Of a stretch of DNA of 64,000 nt, positions 25,528 to 38,637 are shown piece by piece. This DNA comes from Albugo candida (lineage: Eukaryota): NCBI GenBank assembly GCA_040437565.1, contig JBDOQK010000059.1, positions 124,001 to 188,000 of the forward strand. The letters run 5' to 3'. The notes beneath the pieces were generated by a model. The model was not told where the DNA came from, did no database searches, and saw nothing but the letters and a program-made list of their open reading frames with translations. Made by a program: the position numbers and the translations under genes. Positions within the stretch are counted from its first letter, which is position 1. The number at the start of each line of letters is the position of its first letter.

Positions 25528-26975
25528 TATCCGATTCTTGCCTATATATCAACTAGCTTCATGTCTGTAATACGTACAATTTGAGCATATGGAAGGTTTA
25601 GTCCTTTCATCTGGCTGATGAATTCGCAACAAATCGGACGTTTGATCAAAAGTATCCTTAGATATTGTGTAAAGATCATACTGTTGTTGGGGTCACTGTT
25701 GTCAGCTGTGCATGGTATCATTTTTATGTTAGTAGCGATCACTGAAAAGACCCGGTGGTTGATTAATGATTAGCTAAACACTATGGACACCTATGGAACG
25801 TATGTAGCATGTTCGCCTTCAGTTGATGTGGATCACATCGAGTAGATAATAGACGCTAAGTTGGATGCTATTCTATAAGTCTTGAGCATAGTCTTAATCT
25901 CGTACTTAGTATGACTTGCCACTCGTTCCCATCGGCACATCATTATGATACTTAGACTTCGTATCACAATACCATACTATAATATATGCGATATCATGCT
26001 ATAAACGAGCCAAGTCCATTCGATCAAATTCTGGTAGGAAGAAGTCTTAATGTGTGCCTTTTGATCGAAATCACATTCGCCTCAATGCAACTGAGAAATG
26101 CGATCGCAACATCGCTTGCATCGATATCGCCTCGTGTGCACCGCCTCTCGGCCACATGTACAGCAGAAAATCAGCTCAATTGCGCGTATTTCGATGCGAA
26201 TNNNNNNNNNNNNNNNNNNNNNNNNNNNNNNNNNNNNNNNNNNNNNNNNNNNNNNNNNNNNNNNNNNNNNNNNNNNNNNNNNNNNNNNNNNNNNNNNNNN
26301 NTATCCGATTCTTGCCTATATATCAACTAGCTTCATGTCTGTAATACGTACAATTTGAGCATATGGAAGGTTTAGTCCTTTCATCTGGCTGATGAATTCG
26401 CAACAAATCGGACGTTTGATCAAAAGTATCCTTAGATATTGTGTAAAGATCATACTGTTGTTGGGGTCACTGTTGTCAGCTGTGCATGGTATCATTTTTA
26501 TGTTAGTAGCGATCACTGAAAAGACCCGGTGGTTGATTAATGATTAGCTAAACACTATGGACACCTATGGAACGTATGTAGCATGTTCGCCTTCAGTTGA
26601 TGTGGATCACATCGAGTAGATAATAGACGCTAAGTTGGATGCTATTCTATAAGTCTTGAGCATAGTCTTAATCTCGTACTTAGTATGACTTGCCACTCGT
26701 TCCCATCGGCACATCATTATGATACTTAGACTTCGTATCACAATACCATACTATAATATATGCGATATCATGCTATAAACGAGCCAAGTCCATTCGATCA
26801 AATTCTGGTAGGAAGAAGTCTTAATGTGTGCCTTTTGATCGAAATCACATTCGCCTCAATGCAACTGAGAAATGCGATCGCAACATCGCTTGCATCGATA
26901 TCGCCTCGTGTGCACCGCCTCTCGGCCACATGTACAGCAGAAAATCAGCTCAATTGCGCGTATTTCGATGCGAAT
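25528..26975. repeat. Gap-flank duplication: 25528-26201 repeated at 26302-26975
   Basis: 674-bp copies around N 26202-26301. Confidence 0.9.
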
Positions 26976-27108
26976 ACTCAGTCGGGGAGGATTGTGGTCA
27001 TTCAGATGAATCTGATGTACCATCATCAAAAGTAGTATTTCTATTATTGCAAACAGCTCTCTCCACTCGTTCATAGCCGTAAGACCGCTTCTCGATTTGA
27101 TTTACTTG

Positions 27109-29463
27109 TCAATGTCGAGTTGGATTCTGATATGATGGAACAGTCGATCGTTGATAAACAGAATGAGCATTTGATTCTTTTCGAGAGTCTTGACGATCGT
27201 ATTGAGACCGATTCAACGAGCACGGGCCATCTCGATTGTAATGTGTGCCTTTTTGATGAAAAAAATTATTTCGATGGTTGTGATGTGTCGACGGACGCGG
27301 ATATCTTCCAGGCATCTCTCCTCGGCGATCGTATCGTTCTTGAGATCGAGAGCGCGATTTGGACCTAGGGTGAGGTAAATTTTTACCCATTCGTCCCGCA
27401 TGACGGCCACCAATGTCTCGACCATTTCTCCACCCTAAAGTGCTTCGAGTTCCTCGCCCGTGGGCATTCCAAACGCGACCATTGTTTTGAGCCGCTGGAT
27501 CGATACTTCGATCCGTGTTACGTACTAATGGCGGTATGCATCCATCTTCAGATGCTCTTTCATGGTCGTGTTTCAGCGGAGTTACTGTGGGGCTTGCATC
27601 CCTACCATTTACTCGACCAAATCGATGCTGAATGTCTTGTTTGTCACGAGATCGAGAGCGATATCGCGAAGCAGAAGCTCTAGAAGACGAGCGGGATCGC
27701 GACCGTCGAATCGGATTCGAAACACCAAAATTTGGATGTGCATCGCTTCTTTTCATATGCATCTGAATATCTGACATTTTTGTTCGAGAGTCCTGTTGAA
27801 AGACGTTTGCATTCTTGAGCAGCAAGAGCTGCCCTGTATCGTCATAGAGAGTCTGGGAAGCAATAAGCGCATCTTCACGATTTCGATACTGCAAGTACAC
27901 GGTTGAAGGTTGTGACTTCATCATAAGCTGCCAGTTTCGTGGCGGTATGTCAACGCGTGGAATGCTTCCATTCACTTGATATCGTTTCTGGATTATCTGA
28001 ATTAATTCCTCTTTATCGCGCTTTGTATTGAACCGAAATCCTGTCGATTTTCGGACAAACAACATTTTGCGAGCCAAAAGTGTCGAAGGTTGCCGCAAAA
28101 AAAGCGGAGTGAAACAGGTTCCATACATATTCTTTTGATACCATTCCCGATCTTCTCGACTTGGGAATTCGAGCTTTTGATAGGCAGCAATCACTTCAAT
28201 AGATTCTGATCCTGAGTCCACCTTTGCATGTTCTTCTACGTTCAATAGAGTCGAAGCTTTTTCGCTGGCTGATTGACTACTTGCAGTCGTTATATCCGTA
28301 TGTGTGTCAACAATACCAAAGAAAGATGAAGGAAATTTATCTTTCGACGCTTTCATAGTGAGAAGGGAAGTGCAGTGCATTTGCCGTTTGCTTGGTTCTG
28401 GCGACAATTTACCGGCTTCGTCAATAACCGCATACTTGAATGAAGCAAAAGTTCGTTCTTTTTCATGACAAGCGCTCCAAAAAGAATTGTACCTTTTCGC
28501 AAGAGTCAAGAACTGCCTATCCTCTTCCTCGAGACAAGACTTGCCTAGAAATGAAGTCGTATCGTTTTGATCAAGACAGTCAGATGAAAGAGCATCGTGT
28601 TCTCCTTGTTCTGTTGGATCGGATTGGCTTTCATTGTGATGATTCTGCGTCAGCTGAGACTCCATACCATTCACCGGGCGAACATTTTTCTTCGGAATCA
28701 TAAACGAAGCCTTAGCGTCTTTTTCTTGAGGTTTGAAACTCTCAGTCTTTTTTTCAGTCACATTCTGACTTGTGAATGGTTTCATCTGCGTCGGCTTGTT
28801 TTTGACTACCATCCTACTCTTTTCATTATTTGGAGCAGCGTACTGTGTAGATTTCTTGTGTTCCACTTTAGGCGCTGCAACAACTTCAACTGGTACTGGG
28901 TCTTTTGCATCTAAAGTCATAGTGGAGGATGCACAAGCGGACTTTTCATTGCTTTCTATGTGCAGCCTTTCTGATACATGCACGAGACTTTTCTCATCTC
29001 CCGTTACTATTTTGACCGTCTTTCGCTCTTTGCTTATTTTCGCATTTGCGTCCGATTGCAACTTTCTTTTCCTCTTTTTGTGTATCACACTATCTGATTG
29101 CTCACCGGTGAGAGAACCTTGCTGTGTGCTATGCTTCTTTTCTTTCTCCTTTACACTTTTGGTGCGAGAAGTTAAAGATTTTTTCTTTATCATTTTTATC
29201 GTTTTAGAAGTGGCAGTAGCATTCCCCGTTATTTGGGGAACATTCCTCATTTCCAGTGATTTCGGCTCCCCAATAATCGTTTTTTCTGGCCCTATGAAGG
29301 TTTCAAAAACCTTCTTTTTACATTTTAATGCACGAAACTCATCTCCACTGCTGTCGTCGTCTCCTTCCTCACATGCTTCCTCCTTCTTTAGCATTCCTTG
29401 TAACCGATTGAGCCACGCCAATTGCTGCTTCTTTTTGAGTGCTTTTTCCATGCTTATCGACAT
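27109..29463 (-). CDS. Hypothetical nuclear protein: Lys-rich N-terminus, possible RRM-like segment, RS-rich C-terminus
   Basis: 784-aa uninterrupted ORF with KKRKRK, VYLQYRNREDALIA and RSRSRS tracts. Confidence 0.75.
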   Translation of the reverse strand: MSISMEKALKKKQQLAWLNRLQGMLKKEEACEEGDDDSSGDEFRALKCKKKVFETFIGPEKTIIGEPKSLEMRNVPQITGNATATSKTIKMIKKKSLTSRTKSVKEKEKKHSTQQGSLTGEQSDSVIHKKRKRKLQSDANAKISKERKTVKIVTGDEKSLVHVSERLHIESNEKSACASSTMTLDAKDPVPVEVVAAPKVEHKKSTQYAAPNNEKSRMVVKNKPTQMKPFTSQNVTEKKTESFKPQEKDAKASFMIPKKNVRPVNGMESQLTQNHHNESQSDPTEQGEHDALSSDCLDQNDTTSFLGKSCLEEEDRQFLTLAKRYNSFWSACHEKERTFASFKYAVIDEAGKLSPEPSKRQMHCTSLLTMKASKDKFPSSFFGIVDTHTDITTASSQSASEKASTLLNVEEHAKVDSGSESIEVIAAYQKLEFPSREDREWYQKNMYGTCFTPLFLRQPSTLLARKMLFVRKSTGFRFNTKRDKEELIQIIQKRYQVNGSIPRVDIPPRNWQLMMKSQPSTVYLQYRNREDALIASQTLYDDTGQLLLLKNANVFQQDSRTKMSDIQMHMKRSDAHPNFGVSNPIRRSRSRSSSRASASRYRSRSRDKQDIQHRFGRVNGRDASPTVTPLKHDHERASEDGCIPPLVRNTDRSIDPAAQNNGRVWNAHGRGTRSTLGWRNGRDIGGRHAGRMGKNLPHPRSKSRSRSQERYDRRGEMPGRYPRPSTHHNHRNNFFHQKGTHYNRDGPCSLNRSQYDRQDSRKESNAHSVYQRSTVPSYQNPTRH

Positions 29464-29672
29464 AGAATAGATGGTGAAGGAAGCGTGCTTGTCACTAGTT
29501 CTTTTTTACAAAAAATCGCGTGCGATGTCGAATTATGTCGTAATCTTGTAGGAGACCGGAGAATGTGCTAGCGTTTACGCATTCGTTTTGACCTTCAGAG
29601 AGGTCTATCGAGAATTTCCGTTTTGATATCCTAAAATTCAAAAGATCGGGTATCGAATACCTTCATGCGACA

Positions 29673-31429
29673 TCATCGACGTCGAGCCTTTGTGCAGGAA
29701 GTAATAGCAGATGCGCATCTCGGTGTGTTTGAACGTACCAGTGCTTGCATGAGATCTTGTTCGCGCTGCTGGAGCTGCCTTACTTGACGCTTCAAATAAT
29801 CGATAGCGTTTCCATGACTGCTTGTCACGCTTTCAGTCGCTGCATGTGCGTTTAAAGAAGACTCTGAACTCTCCAGATGCCGGATTCTATCCTCCAAAAG
29901 CAGTACTTTTCCATTCACAGCAGCGTGATCTCGAAGTAGTTGATCATACGCGAGCTGTAGTCTATACATTTCGCTCCTTTGATCAGTATTTGGTTGTTCG
30001 CGCTGAATGAAAGGCTTCGACGATGAAAGCAGCGGAAGTTTAATCTCTGAAAATGATCCATGAGACTTCCCTTCCTTTCCAGACATTGTCATGGTTGTCT
30101 CACTCAGATTGCGAGATCGATCGGAATGCTGATCGACTAAAAGACCGAGTCTAAGCTCGAGCGCCTCTTTTTCGGCTCGCAATTGTGCGTTCTGGCGCTG
30201 TAGATTCATAACCAGCATGTCTGCCGCATTGACTTGTACTGTCGGTTTATTTTTTATATTTCTTGCACGAGTTGCATAATGAAGCGTACTGAGTGTTTCT
30301 TCCAAATACTCGCTTGATGGTGAGATACACGCAATCATCAGAGTGAAGCTGGAGCCTCCGAGCGAGTCCATCAGTAGTTTTGTCAGCTTACTGTCCCTAT
30401 AAGGTATGAACGCAGCGTTCGACGCAGTAGAAGCTGCCGAGATCACTGTTCCCAGTGTTAGAAGACTCTTGTTGATGCTGCAGGTTTCTTCAGTGTTGAC
30501 CGATTTTGTCTCTTTCAAACGCTCGCTGTAATAAGCGATTAGAACCGTCTCAGCAGGCAAACAGTAAAATACTATTCATACCTTCCAGCCAAATCGACAA
30601 AGGTTATTTTCCCATTTTTCCCAAGTGCCTGAGCACAATTTTTCGACTTGGTGATCCTGTCGATGTAGATTGTCATCATGGAATGACTACGACTCGAGTC
30701 ATTGTTCATCTCGTGAGACCCGACCCGGCGATTTTTGTGGCCTTCATGAACGACGGCCATGACGTCGTCAATAGAATCGCATCGTACTACCAGTAAATCT
30801 TGCACGTAAAAACCTCGATGATCATTCCATCGAACGGATAATCGCTTCCTTTTCGATGAATTTAGCAAATCGTATACGTGTTCATTGTATATTTCCAAGC
30901 TCGAAGCACGCACATCGAAAGTCACTTCCTCGTCTACAGCTTCGTTTGACGCTTTTTCCATCAGATTGTACAGATAGCGGATCGATCGTAAGAGAATACC
31001 GTCTGTGCCTTGATCGTCTTCAATATTGGAACGAAGGGTGTTTTTCGCACGATATGCTCCATCTAAGAGCTCATCCAGCCCGGACATGCTGTACGTCTTA
31101 CCAGAGCCAGTTTGCCCGTAAGCAAAAACAGTCCCCAGATATCCCTGAACAACGTTTTCGAGAATTTCAACGATGCCGCAATGCTGGAAAAAATCGATTT
31201 GACTTGTATTCTCCGACGCACACCAGTCAAAGTGGAAACTTCGAATCGTTTCTCGATTTGATATCGGGTCCAAAGTAACAATTTGCAGCTCATTCGATTC
31301 TGTCGGTAGAAATCGACAACACTTTGCATCATCGCGGTCTTTCTCCACGGAATGTAGTGGACGACCTCGAACAACGACGCGAAGTTGTGTGTTTTCAGGA
31401 CGCGCTATAGATTCGGCTCGCGAACCCAT
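29673..31429 (-). CDS. Kinesin motor protein, KIF12-like
   Basis: Contains [22 protein letters not shown] and [16 protein letters not shown] is split by intron 30581-30526. Coiled-coil tail; the 3' end may have one more intron (GTACGT after MQAL). Confidence 0.9.
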
Positions 31430-34201
31430 TTCGTTGCTGGCGATTATAAACACTCGATACAGCCCACAGGATATTTATTTATAAGTTAATGCTATAAAGC
31501 TACGAGATGGATAATAACGCGATAGATAGGAGCGCCCACCACCACAAAGACCCAAGCGTTTGGCTACTGTTTGGTTGCGTCCTTGTCGAAGTATGGACAG
31601 TCACAGCGTCGGGTTGTTTTGATGATTTCGACGTACAATCTTCTCCGAACCATCCATCAAAGCAAGTGCATTTTGCGGTTGCTGTGTCACATATTCCATT
31701 CCCAGCGCACGATCTAGGACATTCTCTCTCACACACAACATCTGGATCGGGGCAGGTTATAGTTCCACTAAAGCCAGGTACAGTTTTCACTTGGTTTGCA
31801 CGATCACATACCACATCGATCGTGTCTGATGTCGCTATTCGAGGGATTGTGAGAGTCACTGTTCCGTTCGAGCCACAGGAAAGTGCGTAACAGCCAGTTT
31901 GGCGTCGAGCGCTGACTGTCCAAGCTCGGGAATCACTACTTCGCAAAGTTGTTTTGGTGCATCGACAATTTGGGCAATACGTTTCTCCCAATATATTGAG
32001 ATTTGTATTCAGAGGACGGATCAAATTGCCAGGAAGACGACAATCGCCGTATTTGTACCCTGTATTGATCGGACAAAAGTCTGCAAACTGATTGAGACTT
32101 CCCTTGGACGGATCTGTGAAATACTGATACTGCGATGGGATCGTTTCACCATTTGTGATACTGCACACTGAGCGAGATATTCCATCAACAGAACAGCTCT
32201 CCTGAGTGTTGGAAGTGCAGTAATGATCTTCCGCAATGGAAGTCTGTTTAGAGGTGATACATTTATCTGTGGCAAAGCTGCATCCTTTTTTGGCGCCGAA
32301 TGTAAGCTTTTGTGCCTTCAACAAATTCGATCGATACCATCCCGAGTCTTCAAAAAAAGCTAACGTGAGGCCGGAATATATATTCCGAAAGCTTGATGCT
32401 GGGCTCATGTATTCGGATTCAAAAAGACGCTCTTCCCAGTGTGAGCCCATACATCCATCTTCATCCTGACTTTCCAACTCTGCACCGGTCACAGAGGAGC
32501 AATTGAAATGATTTTTCACAAACTCNNNNNNNNNNNNNNNNNNNNNNNNNNNNNNNNNNNNNNNNNNNNNNNNNNNNNNNNNNNNNNNNNNNNNNNNNNN
32601 NNNNNNNNNNNNNNNNNNNNNNNNNCGCTTTTTCCATCAGATTGTACAGATAGCGGATCGATCGTAAGAGAATACCGTCTGTGCCTTGATCGTCTTCAAT
32701 ATTGGAACGAAGGGTGTTTTTCGCACGATATGCTCCATCTAAGAGCTCATCCAGCCCGGACATGCTGTACGTCTTACCAGAGCCAGTTTGCCCGTAAGCA
32801 AAAACAGTCCCCAGATATCCCTGAACAACGTTTTCGAGAATTTCAACGATGCCGCAATGCTGGAAAAAATCGATTTGACTTGTATTCTCCGACGCACACC
32901 AGTCAAAGTGGAAACTTCGAATCGTTTCTCGATTTGATATCGGGTCCAAAGTAACAATTTGCAGCTCATTCGATTCTGTCGGTAGAAATCGACAACACTT
33001 TGCATCATCGCGGTCTTTCTCCACGGAATGTAGTGGACGACCTCGAACAACGACGCGAAGTTGTGTGTTTTCAGGACGCGCTATAGATTCGGCTCGCGAA
33101 CCCATTTCGTTGCTGGCGATTATAAACACTCGATACAGCCCACAGGATATTTATTTATAAGTTAATGCTATAAAGCTACGAGATGGATAATAACGCGATA
33201 GATAGGAGCGCCCACCACCACAAAGACCCAAGCGTTTGGCTACTGTTTGGTTGCGTCCTTGTCGAAGTATGGACAGTCACAGCGTCGGGTTGTTTTGATG
33301 ATTTCGACGTACAATCTTCTCCGAACCATCCATCAAAGCAAGTGCATTTTGCGGTTGCTGTGTCACATATTCCATTCCCAGCGCACGATCTAGGACATTC
33401 TCTCTCACACACAACATCTGGATCGGGGCAGGTTATAGTTCCACTAAAGCCAGGTACAGTTTTCACTTGGTTTGCACGATCACATACCACATCGATCGTG
33501 TCTGATGTCGCTATTCGAGGGATTGTGAGAGTCACTGTTCCGTTCGAGCCACAGGAAAGTGCGTAACAGCCAGTTTGGCGTCGAGCGCTGACTGTCCAAG
33601 CTCGGGAATCACTACTTCGCAAAGTTGTTTTGGTGCATCGACAATTTGGGCAATACGTTTCTCCCAATATATTGAGATTTGTATTCAGAGGACGGATCAA
33701 ATTGCCAGGAAGACGACAATCGCCGTATTTGTACCCTGTATTGATCGGACAAAAGTCTGCAAACTGATTGAGACTTCCCTTGGACGGATCTGTGAAATAC
33801 TGATACTGCGATGGGATCGTTTCACCATTTGTGATACTGCACACTGAGCGAGATATTCCATCAACAGAACAGCTCTCCTGAGTGTTGGAAGTGCAGTAAT
33901 GATCTTCCGCAATGGAAGTCTGTTTAGAGGTGATACATTTATCTGTGGCAAAGCTGCATCCTTTTTTGGCGCCGAATGTAAGCTTTTGTGCCTTCAACAA
34001 ATTCGATCGATACCATCCCGAGTCTTCAAAAAAAGCTAACGTGAGGCCGGAATATATATTCCGAAAGCTTGATGCTGGGCTCATGTATTCGGATTCAAAA
34101 AGACGCTCTTCCCAGTGTGAGCCCATACATCCATCTTCATCCTGACTTTCCAACTCTGCACCGGTCACAGAGGAGCAATTGAAATGATTTTTCACAAACT
34201 C
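30950..34201. repeat. Gap-flank duplication: 30950-32525 repeated at 32626-34201 (kinesin 5' part and leishmanolysin 3' part)
   Basis: 1576-bp copies around N 32526-32625. This explains the partial ORFs 31500-32519 and 32461-33129. Confidence 0.9.
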
Positions 34202-35191
34202 GGCGACTCGAGGAGTTACCATTTTGGCGACGGTGTGATCACGTTCTGAAGAGTAGGCGACTGTGTTACCCGATGGATTCGGGAAATAATCAACTGCGGC
34301 CCCATTTGGACACTTTCCATTGATAATCGCAGGCGGCTCACCTGTCGCCGTTCGCAATGTTCGCGGACTTCCGTCCGGACCTCTCATGTACGCAAAAAAC
34401 TGAGATGAAAAACCCAATGCGTGTGTGATTTCATGCATTGCGGTGCTCAATTGCGCCTCATACGCATCCGGATCAGCATCAATTTTGGTGGGACAGATAT
34501 TGATCATCCCAAAAGTTGGTCGATCAAACTGTTCTTTCTGACAAGCGGAGGCGTACGCAAGGACAGATGGCGTGCAATAGGAAGTCGGAGCCGCTCGAAT
34601 GTACAATGCAAAGTCTGTGTCCGGTATACCTGTGCCCTCAAGTACTTTACAAGCTCCTTGAGCGCATCCATCCCCGTAACAGGAAGAACAAACACGAGTC
34701 GGTCCAAAATGAGATGGCGGAATTGGCATTTCCAGGCACATTTCATTGCTCACAACACTCTTACACGTGGGTGGGTCTGTCTGCCATTGTCTCGAACACG
34801 ATCGATGTGCCATCAAATTTCCTTGAACACGAACGACTCGTAATGTTTCAGAAAAACGTCGGATTGCATCGTGCACGATTTTATACACAGTAGAGCGATC
34901 TTCGGGAGTAAGAGTGTGCAGTGTATCGTTATCAAAAAACGGTGTGATACGGATCGATTTATACAACGCATCTGTTTGTGCTGCTGCGCTATCGACGTTG
35001 GCCCATTCTCTGAGGTTGGAAGTACTTAAACGACGTCGTCGTAAGTCTTCAGCGACGACGAAAGGATGCTCTTGAGGGTATTCTTGCTCTTTTTGTATCA
35101 CTCGATGATTTATGGAGTCGTGAATACAGCCATATAACAATGGGATATTAATAAAGGCTAAAGACAAAATCAGAAGATTGTGTTTGCTCAT
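33176..35191 (-). CDS. Leishmanolysin/GP63-like M8 zinc metallopeptidase with EGF-like domain, probably GPI-anchored
   Basis: Signal peptide, CIHD propeptide, HEITHALGF, SHWEER, EGF-like CPRSCAGNGIC..CTCFDGWFGEDC, and a hydrophobic C-terminus. Confidence 0.95.
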   Translation of the reverse strand: MSKHNLLILSLAFINIPLLYGCIHDSINHRVIQKEQEYPQEHPFVVAEDLRRRRLSTSNLREWANVDSAAAQTDALYKSIRITPFFDNDTLHTLTPEDRSTVYKIVHDAIRRFSETLRVVRVQGNLMAHRSCSRQWQTDPPTCKSVVSNEMCLEMPIPPSHFGPTRVCSSCYGDGCAQGACKVLEGTGIPDTDFALYIRAAPTSYCTPSVLAYASACQKEQFDRPTFGMINICPTKIDADPDAYEAQLSTAMHEITHALGFSSQFFAYMRGPDGSPRTLRTATGEPPAIINGKCPNGAAVDYFPNPSGNTVAYSSERDHTVAKMVTPRVAEFVKNHFNCSSVTGAELESQDEDGCMGSHWEERLFESEYMSPASSFRNIYSGLTLAFFEDSGWYRSNLLKAQKLTFGAKKGCSFATDKCITSKQTSIAEDHYCTSNTQESCSVDGISRSVCSITNGETIPSQYQYFTDPSKGSLNQFADFCPINTGYKYGDCRLPGNLIRPLNTNLNILGETYCPNCRCTKTTLRSSDSRAWTVSARRQTGCYALSCGSNGTVTLTIPRIATSDTIDVVCDRANQVKTVPGFSGTITCPDPDVVCERECPRSCAGNGICDTATAKCTCFDGWFGEDCTSKSSKQPDAVTVHTSTRTQPNSSQTLGSLWWWALLSIALLSIS

Positions 35192-35935
35192 TTATAAAGA
35201 TCCTGCAAGCTGGGGCCTCTGCAGGGAAGGAAATGGATTGTGCCTGACGTAGAAATTCATGTGTACTTGCATTTATTTTCGCTTTAGCTGCAGTCTTATA
35301 AAGTTATTCTCGGACAGTGTCGCTATTATTAAGCGGTTCTGAGAGTATCTTCGTCGAATTAACTCGAGACGCGGTTGTTTCCATTGTCAATATGCTGAAT
35401 GCTGCTTCAATTTGAATTAAATTTGTGTGCCAAACTCTTGAGAAATGATGTACGACTGCCACATGCAGTGCAATTGATAAAATGTATAGTTACAGTTGCT
35501 GGATGCACTGTACGAAGTTTTGAGATATTGATCGACTTGGTTATGAGTATGGAGTACAAGTTTGTGCCGCCTCAAATTTGACAAATGTTTATTAGTACGT
35601 CTGTGGTTCTGTATGAGCGTATAGCGCTAATTGTCTGATAAGTGGATCTCAACCCCCACATTTGCGACTACGTGGACTTATCTTCTTTTTTGTGCATTAA
35701 GAGTGGGGTAGTGAGCATTTGATAGAATCGACACGCCCTTCTTGGCGGTTACCTCTATAATTAGTATTGGACTAGGACCCACCAAAAGCACGCATTATAG
35801 GCGAAAATAAACGGGTTGCGAGGAACATTCAATAGACGCAACATGCACATAATCAGTATACCTTTATTATCTAATAGTGATAAAGACACAAACAACACCA
35901 TCAATCTCTATTTGAACTCTCTGTCGCCTCACAAT

Positions 35936-36262
35936 TTACTTGATTAATAATTGTATTAGAGAACGTAGTTCATCCATCTTCGTTTCTGCTTCTAATAGTT
36001 GATATTCTAATGTCTGCACGCTATTCTTCAGATCCGCGAGTTTTCTGCGCTTCTCGATATTCTCCTTCTTTGAAAATATGTTATGACGCTTCTTGTAATG
36101 CGTGTTGTAAGCCTCACTATCCGATGCCGACCAACCTTCGATGTTAATGTCTGCTGCGTGCAACTGCTGACTGGCAACACACATGGATGCCTCCTGACGA
36201 CTTCGCTTGCGTGATGAACACTTTTCGTCCACATTTACTGGCGATAAACTGCAGGATTTCAT
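35936..36262 (-). CDS. Small basic/coiled-coil hypothetical protein (108 aa)
   Basis: ATG-started ORF with a basic region and leucine heptads. Inr-FPR-like GTCACTTCACAATTCC at 36305-36320 upstream. Confidence 0.6.
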   Translation of the reverse strand: MKSCSLSPVNVDEKCSSRKRSRQEASMCVASQQLHAADINIEGWSASDSEAYNTHYKKRHNIFSKKENIEKRRKLADLKNSVQTLEYQLLEAETKMDELRSLIQLLIK

Positions 36263-38637
36263 TACGCTTTCTCAAGGAGTTAAAGTGATATGATCGGATG
36301 CGATGGAATTGTGAAGTGACGTCGCTCCATGGTCGAGTTTTGAGTCAGGTTTACTATACACTCAACTCGGTTGGTCGGCTACACTGTAAGCAAATATATT
36401 GAATTTGGTATGCTTTTAATACCACAAAACAGAACGGTTGGAAATGGGTCGGAAAAGAACACTTGTCCCAAACCCAACCGTGAATACGGGGAATTCCATA
36501 GGCTTCTCCCCAACCCTCGGTAATTTGACGAACGGATTTTATGTCGGAAGTCAACTATGACACCTAAAATCCTGTATCTGATTGGATAAATTGCTCAATA
36601 TGTCCTAATTTCAAATAATTGACTCCTCTGTTTACGACCGTCCGACCTTGGACAGCCTCATTGCTTATTTTGATCCATATCAGTGCTGCATGTAGAACGA
36701 CCAGCCGACACTCGGGTCCCAGACTTTAATAGATGGCAGCTGTTCCGTTGACTCGACATTTTGAAAATTCGCGCGTGCTCTTTAGAATCATACTTTGAAC
36801 GAGATATCTTAAATTAACACTTTACTGTCAACATAACGGCGACGAATAAAGATGTCTCAAAATATTGATTATGCATCACAGGAAAAATAAAATAGTAAAA
36901 GTCTCGAATTTAATCATATGTATCATGAAGTTGCAAAATATTTTTCTAATCGTGCATCTACGCACATTTATCGTCACTCTACCTGCGATTTATGATGTGT
37001 ATACTGTAGCAGCTATACTTGCCTAACTGTTCATTGGATAACAGAGCCCAATCGCATTAATTGATTACATTTGCTTCAAGACAGCAGAGAGACACCAGGC
37101 TTTGATCCTGACACACATTTGCTACATATTCATCCACTTATTTTGGAACTGATAAAGGAACGCTATTAAAGCCCGGCGACCATCCAAAATGCGCCAGAAA
37201 GGAAAGTAAAAAGGCGCAGAACATCTCATGCATTTAATGGGTTACATTCAGGACACAATGTGGGCCTCTGCGGCTGCCTTAGTCTAAGTGGCCCTAGATT
37301 ATTCATAAAGAAGACAATCTGCATAGACTCTATAATTTATAGAAAAATAAAGACAACTGCCCATCTATAAATAAGACTTAACAGGAAACAAAATAAGAGA
37401 AGTCCTCTGCACGATATGATTATAGATTTTTAAATTCTTCTCTTGCTCAACTTCTCTGTGCAATTGGACGCAGAACTTTTAGAGTGTACACCGAAGCTCA
37501 AAATAGAGATATTTGATGCAATCTATCAAGGTCCTGGCTAACAGAGCGTTTGCATATTTGAGTAAAATGTGTCGGTCGTCAGTCTCACGAGCTGTTCAAA
37601 GCTCGGCCCCGAAAAATGCATGTGAATGCTTAGCATAAACGAAGTACAATGGTTTTATAGGAACACGATACTGTATAGCTATAAGATGATTTGCATACCG
37701 CATCAGCATTTCATGCGACAGCTCATTTTATATGACACACGCGACATTCCTGATTTATTGACTTTGCAACGCCTTCATGCTATCAGATAACGTTGCTCAA
37801 TCGGATTTTACACACGTTACTATACTGACGAAAGTATGCTCCTGATGTCAAGCTTGTATACTAACGACACTAAATGAACAAACTGGAAGGACGAATGATG
37901 TCGACAAGCAAAAGAAAGTCTGTAAGTGTACTGGCGCTAAAATCGAACATTATAATGCGTACATTCTCCTTGTATACATCACATCTTGTATCGTTTCCTT
38001 AAATTAAAAGAATTGAAGTTGCTTGTCCAATCCGTTTTGCCTTTAAAAACGAGTCTTTGTGGCGCGAGTCGATGGTTTGGGAACGATGGCTTGCAATGTA
38101 AGCATTCTCACGTCCCAAAAAGTAGCGCAGAAGACAAACATTGATTGCAGGAGAAAATTGAATCAGCTGTAACAACGCAGCAAATAGAAAGGCCAAGTCC
38201 ACATACATCTGCCTATCAGTCAGATTCACACATACTCGAATGATTGCGGCTAGATTTGAATGTGCTAACACGACTTTCGATAAAGTCGCAGTTTCGTATA
38301 AGACTCTGTCGCTGAGCGAATGATTTTTTTCCTCATATAAGGTGCTGAAAACTGTATCATCGCTTTTGAATAGGACATTATGTGATAGCTCTAATTCACG
38401 AATTCCATGTAGAATCTCGGAGCGAGAGTGTCATCACAAGTAGTATAATCGTCATGACTGGATTTATGAAAAGCATTTAAACTTCAAACAAATTGACTTG
38501 CCTCGAGCACTTTATTTCAACACCGCTGACAGTATCATTTATGTGCCATGCTGACTGATGGGTTCAAGTCGGTAGTGGCTTCAAGAAGAATTTAAGCCAC
38601 GTAGGTTTTTCTTTCGGGTCGTTTATGTTTACATTTA

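Noticed and set aside
25500-27076. Possible multi-exon gene divergent from SSRP1
   Set aside because: Splice-like signals exist, but I could not build a consistent frame or recognise a protein.
28772-29470. 232-aa hydrophobic plus-strand ORF resembling a membrane protein
   Set aside because: It is the antisense shadow of the Lys/Glu-rich coding strand of the 784-aa gene.
32461-33129. Kinesin ORF running into leishmanolysin sequence, suggesting a fusion or extra partial genes
   Set aside because: The ORF reads through Ns inside a gap-flank duplication.
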